Shown: positions 38,259-47,648 of the stretch, in pieces
Numbering within the stretch: the first letter of the stretch is position 1
How the letters are laid out: each line of letters starts with the position of its first letter
The notes under the pieces: generated by a model
What the model saw: the letters and a program-made list of their open reading frames with translations, nothing else
What the model was told of the DNA's origin: nothing
Databases searched by the model: none
Position numbers and translations under genes: made by a program
DNA from: Planctomycetota bacterium
GTDB lineage: Bacteria > Planctomycetota > Phycisphaerae > UBA1845
Direction of reading: 5' to 3'
Assembly (NCBI GenBank): GCA_016860685.1
Contig: BOJX01000004.1
Coordinates: forward strand, 570-64,569
Length of the DNA stretch: 64,000 bases

Positions 38259-38684
38259 CGTGCAAAGCAGACTCGCCTGCTGATCCGCAACGATCAGCCC
38301 TGAGGCGACCGTCAGCATAAGGGGGGTCCGGATGCTGGTCAGCCCTGCCCGCGATGTCCGATCCCCGCTCGCAGCTGTTTTATCGCGGAGACGCCCAGCA
38401 ACTCATGAAACGCGACGGGTCTCTCCACGTTCACGACGTGAAGCATCGGAACCACGCACACGTGGTTCCGATGGTTTCAATGCTCGCACCGTTGAGGTTC
38501 CGAATCCTACCGTTCTCCAAGCGGAACCTTTGCGACTTCCGGCGCGACGATCCCCCCAGCGTCCCGGCTCTCCGCGTCAAGGTGGAGCCTGCACCATCAT
38601 CCAGATGGGTCGGGACCGAACAAGAACGCAGCCGTTTGCGGAGCCGTATTCATTGTCGTCGCGCGGTTTTGGGGATTCGGACAG

Positions 38685-38713
38685 TTGACCCCCTGCGGAC
38701 CGTGGGATATAAA
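38685..38713 (+). promoter_or_regulatory. Candidate sigma-70 promoter for the amidohydrolase gene
   Basis: TTGACC (38685-38690), a 17-nt spacer, then TATAAA (38708-38713). It lies 38 nt upstream of ATG 38752. Confidence 0.45.
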
Positions 38714-38751
38714 CCGCGCGTTCCACGAGCAGAGTAGAATCCGCGGCGGAG

Positions 38752-39639
38752 ATGATCGTCGACTGTTATACGCATTTCTGGGACAGTCCGTCCCAGCTTG
38801 GTCCGGCGTCCGCCCGGGGGGGGCGGTTGTTCACCGGTCACAGACCGGACGGCGGCGCCGCGCCGCTGAACAATGCCGGACCGGACCGTCACGTGCAAGC
38901 CGGCAAACCGGTGGACCTGACCATCGTGGTCGGTTTTGTCAGCGCACACCTGGAGGCGAAGATCCCCAACGAACGCGTCGCGGAGCACGTCAATCGGCAC
39001 TCCGAGCGCCTGATCGGATTCGCTGGCGTGGACCCTTCAAGACCGCAGGAGGCGCTCGACGAGTTGTCGCGGGCACAGAACGATCTGGGACTGGCGGGGA
39101 TCGCGGTCGCACCGGCGGCGCAGAACTTCCACCCCAGCGACAGCCGGGCGATGCGCGTGTACGCCAAGGCAGTCGAGTTCGGCATGCCGGTGTTGTTTCA
39201 TCCGGGCATCTGGGTTGGACCGGAGGTTCGGCTCGATTATGCCCGGCCCTTCCTTCTGGATGAGGTGGCGCGGGAGTTCCCCGAGATGCGCATGCTCCTG
39301 GCGCACATGGGGCTGCCGTGGATGGATGAGACGATCTTCCTGCTGGCGAAGCACGAACACGTCTATGCAGAGATCAGCGGTTTGCTGCGGCATCCGTGGC
39401 AGGCCTATCAGTCGCTGCTGTCGGCGCACGAGCAGGGCGTGATGGACAAGCTGTTGTTCGGCAGCGGGTTTCCGTTTTCGACGGCGTCGGAGTGCATCGA
39501 CACGCTGTTCTCGATCAACCAGCTCTGCCAGGGGACGAACCTTCCGATGGTCCCGCGCGATCAGCTTCGGGCGATCCTGCACCGCGACGCGCTGGCGGCG
39601 CTTCGTCTGCGGTCGCCGGCGACAGTGGCCGGGGCCTGA
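38752..39639 (+). CDS. Amidohydrolase-2 family metal-dependent hydrolase (TIM barrel)
   Basis: N-terminus MIVDCYTHFW carries the metal-binding H-x-H-like start. Internal VLFHPG and LLAHMG and the C-terminal LFGSGFPF match the PF04909-type layout as recalled. Confidence 0.75.
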   Translation: MIVDCYTHFWDSPSQLGPASARGGRLFTGHRPDGGAAPLNNAGPDRHVQAGKPVDLTIVVGFVSAHLEAKIPNERVAEHVNRHSERLIGFAGVDPSRPQEALDELSRAQNDLGLAGIAVAPAAQNFHPSDSRAMRVYAKAVEFGMPVLFHPGIWVGPEVRLDYARPFLLDEVAREFPEMRMLLAHMGLPWMDETIFLLAKHEHVYAEISGLLRHPWQAYQSLLSAHEQGVMDKLLFGSGFPFSTASECIDTLFSINQLCQGTNLPMVPRDQLRAILHRDALAALRLRSPATVAGA

Positions 39640-39823
39640 CGGCGCCGGGATAACGGCCCGTCACGGGTTCCCGGGGATCCTCCGTGAGTCTCGGTCCGTT
39701 GAAAAAGGGCCGCAAGTTCGTGTCGTTGACGTCCCCGGCGAATGCATGCCGCAAGCAGCGCGATCCGATCGGCCTGCGCAGCAGGATGCGAAGCCGACCT
39801 GAACCGCTGCGGGTCAGCCTCAT

Positions 39824-40223
39824 TCAAGGACCGCTCGTGTGGATCGACGCGCCGCACTCGACCAGCGACACCGTGTGCGGTCCGGAGGTCAACCCGCACC
39901 CCTTGGCCTTGGCCTTGCCGCAGGCGTTGACCACGGTCCACCTTTCCTGCCCGCCGTCGATACGAAAGCGGATTTCGGCGTCGGGGAGACCGCGTTTCAC
40001 CTTCGCGACGACTCTCGGTCCGCAGGCGCTGTCGGCGCATAACACGGAGAGTTTTTCGCGGCCGGTGCAGTCTCCGCCGGAGGTATCCCCTTCGAGACGT
40101 CAGAAGAGGACCGCGTTGCCAGAGGGAGTCATGAATCACATCGGCGTGAGCGGAAAACGCCGGCAGCAACACACCGCCGAGGCCGCAGCACAGCGCGAAT
40201 CCAACGATTGAAGATCGCGTCAT
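39824..40223 (-). pseudogene. Small secreted Cys-rich protein gene with an apparent +1 frameshift
   Basis: ATG 40223 (GGGGA 7 nt upstream) opens a clean signal peptide MTRSSIVGFALCCGLGGVLLPAFSAHA. That frame then turns Arg-rich nonsense. The +1 frame opens about 45 codons after the ATG and encodes a balanced peptide: ...GDCTGREKLSVLCADSACGPRVVAKVKRGLPDAEIRFRIDGGQERWTVVNACGKAKAKGCGLTSGPHTVSLVECGASIHTSGP, stop at 39824. Confidence 0.4.
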
Positions 40224-40390
40224 GTTTCCGTTCCCCTTTTCTTCAGTCCTTCGACACCGGTAAGCCCCGCCGCCGCCCGGAATCGATCCAGCCGGGGTGC
40301 GATCCAGGCGAGAACCCAGTTTCGATCCGGGCATGATACCCGACCGAGCCTGCCGGCGCGCATGATTTTGCCCTGAACCCACCTCCAGGA

Positions 40391-42289
40391 TCACCGGGCG
40401 GGCGGCGCGAAAGGAATATCCGGCGCGGGCAGGAAGACGCTCTGCCCGACCTCCGGCAGAACGAAGTCCACCAGTTCGCCGCCGGACCAGGTCATCCAGC
40501 GGTAGCGGCCGAACTCGAGGGAGTCATCGCACTCGAACGCGACTTCGAGCAGCCGGCCCGTCGCATCTGTCTCGAGGACTCGGCCGCGGAATCCGTGAAG
40601 GTCGATCGTCTCCTGCTCGGTGAATCCGAGGCTGCATGCGCGGAACAGGACGTCGAACATCTGAATCATGTAAAGGGGGGAGACCGGGGAGGGTAAGTCG
40701 AACGGCGCGCCCGGTCGTGCTGCCTGTCGCGCTGCCGGCGGCGATCCCGGGGGCGGCAGGAAACCGCCTGACGGTCGCAGGACGAGGGTTCGTGCGTCCG
40801 GGCGACGGATTTCGAGAGGGGCGACGCTGGAGCCGAGCACGTAGAGATGCTCCGGCATCGGGCGCCCGTCGAGGGCGTTCATTGAGGCGGCGTACTGAAA
40901 GAGGAACGCCGTCGGAGCCTGCACGATCATGAGCTTCTGATCTTCGATCGCCGAATCCCGCGGGAAGGAGTCCGCGAGGCGCTGCAGCAAGGGTCCGAGC
41001 GTCGCCGTGCTGTAAGCGGAGACAATCAACGCCGACGGGGAGATGACGAGGTGAATGATGAGGATCGCGCGTCGGGTCAGGCGTTCGAGCGCCGATGTCT
41101 TCCTTCCCGCGTTGATCGACGTTGGATGCTCGCGGGCGTTACGCAGGCGCGCCACGTACCGGGCCAGCAGGCCCCCCGCCCCCAGCCCGGCAAGGACCAG
41201 CAGCCGGTTCTGCGCTGCCGTCCCGCAGGCGGGCAGCACCGCCAGTAACGTACCGGTGAGGTAGAAGCGGCTGACGGCGTCGCCGCGCAGTCGTCCGCGC
41301 ATGATCAGGAGGAGGGTCGTCACTATCACGGCGGCGCCGACGGCATATCCCGGCCTTAAGGCGTTCGCCAGGAATCCGAAGACATCCGCTGGCGGCAGCA
41401 GGAACTGTCCCAGCAGCAGCGTCGGCGCGTTGAACAGCGTCGCCCGCGCGAAACGAAACGGCTCGGACGCCGGGTCGATGTACATGTGCGAACCGGTCGC
41501 GCCGTATCCGAGCGCCTTGTACACGGCGATCCACGCCAGCGTCGCGGCGGCGCAGGGAATCAGGGCGGTCAGCCGGCGCTTCAGAGAACCGATATCAAGA
41601 AAGAGAGCATACGCCAGCAGATAACCCGGCGCGCCGAGCGACATCTCCCCTCCCGCCAGCCCCGCGACCAGCGCCGCCGGGGCCGCGATGGCGCCGGCGC
41701 GATCGCCCCGGCGACCTCGCACGTAAAGGTACACCGAAAGCAGACCGAAGCATCCGCTGATGAGGGCGTTGCGGGCGGCGATCCAGCCTGCGGGCACGCC
41801 GTGGGAATGATCGACGGCAAACATCAACGTCGCCAGCCCGGCCTCCCACGTTCCGTCCGCCAGTTCCCGATACAAGCGCGAGGCGATCCAGACCAGCAGC
41901 GCCAGCCACGTCAGATTCTGCGCATGCATGAGCGTGGGGGCGTCCGGCCAGAACTGGTAGTCGACCCAGTGCGTCAGGCTGGTCAGCGGTCTGAAGAAGG
42001 AAAGCCTGAGGGACTCTGGCGCCCACCAGGGAACAAGTCCTTCCCTGATCAACCGCCTGATCTCGTCCGCCCCCCCCGGAATGAAACCGAAAAGATCCCA
42101 CGGCGCCCGGCCTTCCAGCAGCACCCGACCCTCGACTCCGGACCTTTCCGTCGGAGGCCGCAGCAGCAGACGGTGAATGTAATCATCCACCTGAAAGCCG
42201 GTCGTCAGAGAGATCGAGGTCAGGGCGACAGCGATCACGGCGGCGGAAGCGCAGAACCGGGGATGTGCAAACCAACGATCGAAGATCAC
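40391..42289 (-). CDS. Polytopic membrane protein with C-terminal soluble domain (GT-C-like candidate)
   Basis: 632 aa with 10 or more hydrophobic segments. An early loop carries QVDDYIH (acidic motif). No firm family assignment. Confidence 0.6.
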   Translation of the reverse strand: MIFDRWFAHPRFCASAAVIAVALTSISLTTGFQVDDYIHRLLLRPPTERSGVEGRVLLEGRAPWDLFGFIPGGADEIRRLIREGLVPWWAPESLRLSFFRPLTSLTHWVDYQFWPDAPTLMHAQNLTWLALLVWIASRLYRELADGTWEAGLATLMFAVDHSHGVPAGWIAARNALISGCFGLLSVYLYVRGRRGDRAGAIAAPAALVAGLAGGEMSLGAPGYLLAYALFLDIGSLKRRLTALIPCAAATLAWIAVYKALGYGATGSHMYIDPASEPFRFARATLFNAPTLLLGQFLLPPADVFGFLANALRPGYAVGAAVIVTTLLLIMRGRLRGDAVSRFYLTGTLLAVLPACGTAAQNRLLVLAGLGAGGLLARYVARLRNAREHPTSINAGRKTSALERLTRRAILIIHLVISPSALIVSAYSTATLGPLLQRLADSFPRDSAIEDQKLMIVQAPTAFLFQYAASMNALDGRPMPEHLYVLGSSVAPLEIRRPDARTLVLRPSGGFLPPPGSPPAARQAARPGAPFDLPSPVSPLYMIQMFDVLFRACSLGFTEQETIDLHGFRGRVLETDATGRLLEVAFECDDSLEFGRYRWMTWSGGELVDFVLPEVGQSVFLPAPDIPFAPPAR

Positions 42290-42497
42290 GTTCCGCCTTT
42301 TGCCCTTATCCGCCGTCCTGCGGCAGGTAAAGCCCGCCCTGCGCTGGGTTCCCGTCGCAGGAAACAGAACGTCGCGTCGATTTCCCGATCGGGAGAGGTC
42401 CGAGCTGCATCGGACACTTCGCCGGTGGAGGCCGCCCGTCAGAACACCCTCGACGTGGACGCCGGACCGCGGGCGATGTTAAGGTCGGGCGCGGAGC

Positions 42498-44132
42498 ATG
42501 TCACGGAGAGAGTTGAGACAGGATCGGTTGATGAGGATTTCCACGTCGACGACGGTGCTCGTCGCACTCGTCGCGCTGGGCGGTCTTTCACTGCGCATGC
42601 ATCGGCTTGGAGACCGAAGCCTCTGGGAGGACGAACTCTCGACGTGGACAAGCATCCGCGGGACAGTGATGGACGGCATCCGCTACGTGCAGATGCCGCA
42701 TCCGCCGCTGTATTCGTTGTCTTGCCGCGTCGCGGCGTGGGGCGAGCCGAAGCCGAGTGAAGCGCGGTTGCGTCTGCCAGCGGCGATCTACGGCGCGGCG
42801 GCGGCGCTGGCAGGCGGGGCGCTGGGAGCGGTGATGTTCGGCCGACGGATCGGGTGGGCGGCGTTGATCGTTCTTGCGTTCAATGCGTTTCTCATGAAGT
42901 ACTCGCGAGAGGCGCGGATGTACTCGCTGCTGGCGCTGACGACGACCGTCTCGATGCTGTGCGGGTACGCGCTGGTGACACGGAGGGAGCGGCGATCGGC
43001 GTGGGGTGCGGGCTACATCCTGAGCACGACGGCGATGTTGTACACGCATTACTTCGCCCCGCTGGCGCTGGCGGCGCAGATCGCGTGGTGGGCGGCGATC
43101 GTGACGCTGCGGCGGCGCGCGGAGGGGGCCGGCTCGGCCCCGACATCCGCAATCCGGGGCGCCGAACCGAGCGGATCACATCCGGAGGGGCGCAGCTCGG
43201 CGACGGGTCGCGGGGGGCGATGTGAGCTTGTGTGCCTCGTGCTGCCGCTCCTGTTGTATGCTCCGCTGGCGGTTTTCTTTGTTCGCCACGTGCTTCCGAA
43301 CAAGCTCGGGTGGATCCAACCCGCGCCGTGGTGGGCGTACCTGCACTTTCTGGGCGATGCGGTGTTGGGGTTTTTTGACGAAGGCGTCGCTGGTTCGACG
43401 GCGACACGCGGGGCGCACGTCGCCGCCGGGATGTTCGTGGCGATCGCCCTGCTCTGCGGCGCAATCGCGCGGCTGGGCGCGCACCGTGGCGACGTGATGC
43501 GAGAGGATGAGGACGCGGCCGCCGGTCGCCTGCTGCTGTTGTTCTGGGCGGTCTTCGTCGTCGGAGGACTCGGAGCCATCTCGCTCGTGTCCAACCCCGT
43601 GTTCGTGCCAAGATACGCAATTACGGCGCTGGTTCCGGGGACGCTCGCCGTCCTGACACTGCCTGTGTTCCGCGGGTCGCGGGCGTTGATCGGGGCGGCG
43701 GCGCTTCTCCTCGTCGGCAACGCACCGGTCGCCGTCACGGAATGCCTGGGCGAGTCCGGACCCGACGGGTTGGCGGGCATCATCCGGCACATGAACGACA
43801 CTCTCGGGAAGGACGATGCGGTCGTTGTGGTGGACTTTCCCTTCTGTCCGAACTACCGCAACCCGGTTGAGATGGGCTTTGAGTATTACGGTCTGAGGAG
43901 CGACCTGCCGATCTTGCGCATGCGCGGGGAGCAGGAACGTGGACAGTTGACCAACTCGGAGGCGCTTTCCGATCCGCGACGTCTGCACATTGTGACGCTG
44001 CTGGGCGATTTCGACGCGACGCTGCGGGCGACCGGACGTCGCGTGGAGATTTACGCTCTGCCGCCCTACCGCTACTTCGTCGTGCATCCCGCGTCGGGGA
44101 ACCCGGGAGTTTCCCCCGCTGCAAAGCCTTGA
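42498..44132 (+). CDS. GT39/ArnT-like (PMT_2) glycosyltransferase family membrane protein
   Basis: LGDRSLWEDELSTW first-loop motif, then PPLYSL, many TM segments and a C-terminal soluble domain. The start could be the internal ATG at 42531. Confidence 0.7.
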   Translation: MSRRELRQDRLMRISTSTTVLVALVALGGLSLRMHRLGDRSLWEDELSTWTSIRGTVMDGIRYVQMPHPPLYSLSCRVAAWGEPKPSEARLRLPAAIYGAAAALAGGALGAVMFGRRIGWAALIVLAFNAFLMKYSREARMYSLLALTTTVSMLCGYALVTRRERRSAWGAGYILSTTAMLYTHYFAPLALAAQIAWWAAIVTLRRRAEGAGSAPTSAIRGAEPSGSHPEGRSSATGRGGRCELVCLVLPLLLYAPLAVFFVRHVLPNKLGWIQPAPWWAYLHFLGDAVLGFFDEGVAGSTATRGAHVAAGMFVAIALLCGAIARLGAHRGDVMREDEDAAAGRLLLLFWAVFVVGGLGAISLVSNPVFVPRYAITALVPGTLAVLTLPVFRGSRALIGAAALLLVGNAPVAVTECLGESGPDGLAGIIRHMNDTLGKDDAVVVVDFPFCPNYRNPVEMGFEYYGLRSDLPILRMRGEQERGQLTNSEALSDPRRLHIVTLLGDFDATLRATGRRVEIYALPPYRYFVVHPASGNPGVSPAAKP

Positions 44133-44164
44133 CGATCTTGTCATCCGACGAGGGCGACCCGACA

Positions 44165-45064
44165 ATGATGACGCCGACACTCCTCCCGCAGACACCGCAC
44201 ATGCCGACGCGAGTACAAACGAAGTCCGACATCCTTGAGGTGTTGACCGCCGGAGGTTTGCGCCCGCGCAAGCGCTTCGGGCAGAACTTTCTGATCGACG
44301 GCAACCTGATGCGGCGCTTGGCGGAGTCGGCTGAAATCTCGGCGCAGGACGTGGTATTGGAGGTCGGCGGCGGGACGGGCGGTCTGACCGACCTGCTGTC
44401 CGCCAGCGGGGCTTCGGTGGTGTGCGTTGAGTTGGACCGCGATCTCGGGGCGCTGCTGAAGCGCCGGTTCGCGGGTCACGACCAGGTCCGCGTCATCACG
44501 ACGGACGCGCTCCGAGGCAAGAACCGGTTGAACGCCGAGGTCGTCGCCTCCCTCCGTGACGCCGTCCGAGGCGCCGGCGGGCGGATGATGCTGGTGGCGA
44601 ACCTCCCGTATCAGATCGCCACGCCGCTGGTCATGAACCTGCTGCTGGAGATGCCCGAGATATCCCGGATGTGTTTCACCGTGCAGGCGGAGGTGGGCGA
44701 CCGGATCCTCGCCGCGCCGGGGAGTCGGGACTTCGGACCGGTCAGCGTCATGATGCAGGTCTGCTGCGACGTTCGGATGATCGCGCGGGTTCCGGCTTCG
44801 GCGTTCTGGCCTGCGCCGAAGGTGGAGTCGGTGATGCTGCGGGCCGACGTGCGGGAGGAGGCGTTGATCGCGCCGCAGGAGCGGGGGGCGCTGGCGCGCC
44901 TGGTGCGCGGCGCGTTCGAACACCGCCGCAAGACGTTGCGCTCGGCGCTGGGGTACGTCGTGGGCGCGGAACACGTGGCGATGCTGGCGGCGGAGTTCAA
45001 CCTGACGCGCCGACCGGAAGACGTTGAGCCGGCGGAGTGGGTGCGAATGCTCAAGGGTTCATGA
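44165..45064 (+). CDS. rsmA: 16S rRNA (adenine1518/1519-N6)-dimethyltransferase
   Basis: RKRFGQNFLID and the SAM site VLEVGGGTGGLT, plus NLPYQIATPL. The start is ambiguous (TTG 44129, ATG 44165 or ATG 44201). Confidence 0.9.
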   Translation: MMTPTLLPQTPHMPTRVQTKSDILEVLTAGGLRPRKRFGQNFLIDGNLMRRLAESAEISAQDVVLEVGGGTGGLTDLLSASGASVVCVELDRDLGALLKRRFAGHDQVRVITTDALRGKNRLNAEVVASLRDAVRGAGGRMMLVANLPYQIATPLVMNLLLEMPEISRMCFTVQAEVGDRILAAPGSRDFGPVSVMMQVCCDVRMIARVPASAFWPAPKVESVMLRADVREEALIAPQERGALARLVRGAFEHRRKTLRSALGYVVGAEHVAMLAAEFNLTRRPEDVEPAEWVRMLKGS

Positions 45065-46248
45065 TTTATCTCGACAATAATGCAACGACGCAGCCGCTGC
45101 CTGATGTGATCGAGGCGATGCAGCCTTGGTGGCGCGAGCATTACGGCAACCCGTCGAGCACGCACCGGGAGGGACAGCGGGCGCGGTTTGCGGTGGAGGC
45201 GGCGCGGAGACAGGTGGCGGCGCTGCTGGGCGCGGCGCCGGGGCGGATTGTGTTTACTTCGGGTGGCACGGAGAGCATTAATCTCGCGCTGAGAGGGCTG
45301 GTTCTGTCGCCGGGGCGGCGGCGCATTGTGATCGGCGCGGCGGATCATGCCGCGGTGATCGGCGCGGCGGAAGCACGGGCGGCGGAGGGGTGCGAAATTG
45401 TGCGGGCGCCGGTGGACGCCGATGCCCGGCTGGACCGCGCGGCGTTCGCCGCCACGCTCGACGAGCGGACCGCGCTGGTCAGCCTCACGCATGTCAACCC
45501 GGAGACCGGAACGATCGAGGAGATTGCCGAACTCGCGTCGCAGGCGCGCGGGTTCGGCGCGCGGGTTCACGTGGACGCCGTGCAGTCCGCCGGAAAACTG
45601 GGGCTGAACTGCGGCACGTGGCCGATCGACTTCCTCAGCGTCTCGGCGCACAAGCTGCACGGTCCGAAGGGCGTCGGAGCGTTGTACGTCGCGGATCGGT
45701 CCGCGCTGCGGGCGCTGGTCGCCGGCGGCGGGCAGGAAGGCGACCTGCGGTGCGGCACGGAGAACGTCGCAGGAATTGTCGGGTTCGGGGTCGCGGCGGA
45801 ACACGCGCTGCGGGAACTGAGCGGGAATCACGCCCGCGTCGCGGCACTGACCGGAGAGCTTGAAGCGCGGCTGGTTGCGCTGGTTCCCGGCGCTCGGGCG
45901 GCGGGTGGAGGCGCGCCGCGCGTCGGCAATACGACGACGATCGTGTTCCCGGGGGTCGACGGCGAGGCGCTGCTGCTGCTGCTGAGCGAAGCCGGGTTGT
46001 GCGCCTCGGCGGGGAGCGCCTGCGGCAGCGGGTCGCTCGATCCCTCTCCCGCGCTGCTGGCGACGGGCATGAGCGCGCGGGACGCCCGCGGCGCCGTGCG
46101 TTTCAGCCTCTCCCGGTTTACAACCGCGGAAGAGGTCGAGAACGCCGCGCGGATCGTCCGCGAGGCGCTGGCGCGGCAGCTCCGGCAGAGGCCGGAGGCG
46201 AGGCGGACCGGGGACGCCGAAACCGGCAAGAACCAGACCGTCAAATAA
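45061..46248 (+). CDS. Cysteine desulfurase (NifS/IscS class V aminotransferase)
   Basis: MIYLDNNATT start, PLP lysine context SVSAHKLHGPKG, catalytic loop SAGSACGS. ATGA overlap with the rsmA stop. Confidence 0.9.
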   Translation: MIYLDNNATTQPLPDVIEAMQPWWREHYGNPSSTHREGQRARFAVEAARRQVAALLGAAPGRIVFTSGGTESINLALRGLVLSPGRRRIVIGAADHAAVIGAAEARAAEGCEIVRAPVDADARLDRAAFAATLDERTALVSLTHVNPETGTIEEIAELASQARGFGARVHVDAVQSAGKLGLNCGTWPIDFLSVSAHKLHGPKGVGALYVADRSALRALVAGGGQEGDLRCGTENVAGIVGFGVAAEHALRELSGNHARVAALTGELEARLVALVPGARAAGGGAPRVGNTTTIVFPGVDGEALLLLLSEAGLCASAGSACGSGSLDPSPALLATGMSARDARGAVRFSLSRFTTAEEVENAARIVREALARQLRQRPEARRTGDAETGKNQTVK

Positions 46249-46355
46249 CCTCGGATGAACAACGTTAATGAGCGCGAGCGAGGAACTATCTGGCGCGATG
46301 TGCGACTAACCGCACGAGGACCGGCGGCGGATCCGCCGTCACAGGAGAACCCAGC

Positions 46356-47561
46356 ATGAGCGTTTATCCCGGATTCATGAAGCCCCGCCGAGCCGTTGCC
46401 GCCGCATTCGTCATCGCCGGAATGCTGGTGACACGCGGTGCGGACGCGGGGATCAAGCTGATTACGCTGCCGCCGCGTGAACGCGTCGAGATCCAGCTGG
46501 ATCATCCGAACGTCACGCTCGTCGAGGAGGAGCGGGTCGTCCCGCTGAATGCCGGCGTGAACGAGGTCGTCTTCGCCTGGGCGAACACGCAGATCGACAA
46601 GGAGAGCATTCAGTTCCGCCCACTGTCTGACCCGGAGAACGTCCGGGTGCTTTCCGTCTCCTACCCCCCGAACGAGAACGCGCTGACGTGGCAGGTGGCG
46701 TCACCGAAGGCGGGCTCCACGCGGGTGCGCATCAGCTACCTGATCGGGCAGCTTGACAAGTCGTTCGCCTACGAAGCGGTAGCGGCCAACGACGAGAAGT
46801 CGCTGACGCTTCGGCAGTACGTCCTGCTTCACAACCGTGCAAATGAGACCTTCGGAGACGCGGGGATGTGGCCGGGGTTCGGCGAGCGCTTCGAGCGCCC
46901 GATCGGCATCAATGAGACGAAGCAGCTCCTGTCCGCGAAGTTCGAAAACGTCCCGGTGCGCAAGGTGTACACCGCGGATCTTTCTGAGTTCGGCTACCTC
47001 GATGAAGGCAAGAAGCAGCTCCGCGTGCCGATGCACTACCTGCTGAAGAACGACTCGGCCAACGCGCTGGGCCGGTTTCCGTTCATGTACGGGAAAGCCC
47101 GCGTCTACCAGGACGACGGGCGCGGAACGACGGCGTTTCTCGGAGAGGACTGGCTGAAGTTCACTCCGCGCGACGACGAAGTGCGCCTGTATCTGGGCGT
47201 CGCGAAGGACGTGGTCGTCAAGCGCACGATCGCCCGGCGCGACCAGAACCGCGTACTCGGGAATCTTTACCACTACGACGTGGTCGTGAAGTACGAGATT
47301 GAGAATTTCAAGGACGCGCCGGTGGTGCTCGACATCGCCGAGTCGATGCGGTCGCTGCGGCAGGAAATCCTCAGCCGCGACACGGGCCGCAACGTCGAGT
47401 TTGAGCTGGTCAAGGACACCCCGATGGCGGAGATGCTTGATCAGGAGAAGTCCACCGCCGACCGGCTGCTTTTTCATGTCCCGCTTCCCGCCCGCGGTGG
47501 GGACCAGAAAGCGGTGAAGGGGACGCAGGAACTGCACGTCCTGATCAAGAATGAGTGGTAG
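46356..47561 (+). CDS. Secreted DUF4139-like protein (401 aa)
   Basis: Signal peptide. The pattern I-L..P.R..V......LV.E.R.V.L..G.N...F.WAN..ID..S.QFR is shared with the next gene. ISYLIGQLDKSFAYEAV resembles the DUF4139 core. Family recalled from memory. Confidence 0.65.
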   Translation: MSVYPGFMKPRRAVAAAFVIAGMLVTRGADAGIKLITLPPRERVEIQLDHPNVTLVEEERVVPLNAGVNEVVFAWANTQIDKESIQFRPLSDPENVRVLSVSYPPNENALTWQVASPKAGSTRVRISYLIGQLDKSFAYEAVAANDEKSLTLRQYVLLHNRANETFGDAGMWPGFGERFERPIGINETKQLLSAKFENVPVRKVYTADLSEFGYLDEGKKQLRVPMHYLLKNDSANALGRFPFMYGKARVYQDDGRGTTAFLGEDWLKFTPRDDEVRLYLGVAKDVVVKRTIARRDQNRVLGNLYHYDVVVKYEIENFKDAPVVLDIAESMRSLRQEILSRDTGRNVEFELVKDTPMAEMLDQEKSTADRLLFHVPLPARGGDQKAVKGTQELHVLIKNEW

Positions 47562-47648
47562 AGGCGCCGGGACGACGACTCGGGACGCCAGAACGATGAA
47601 ACGAACCACGCCGGGCGGAATCCGCCCGCTTTCCGGGAGCTTATTGCG

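Noticed and set aside
38487-38512. A tRNA or tmRNA 3' end, because of gaggttccgaatcctaccgttctccaa (T-loop-like GGTTCCGAATCC followed by CCA).
   Set aside because: The T-stem pairs at only 3 bp and the loop has 8 nt. No complementary acceptor strand or anticodon arm lies upstream. No tag-peptide reading frame or tmRNA 5' GGGG-type end was seen.
39561-40394. 277-aa minus-strand ORF as a single gene.
   Set aside because: Only the first roughly 27 residues (a signal peptide) look real. The remainder is about 30% Arg, and a different frame carries the plausible mature peptide. It is reported instead as a frameshift candidate.
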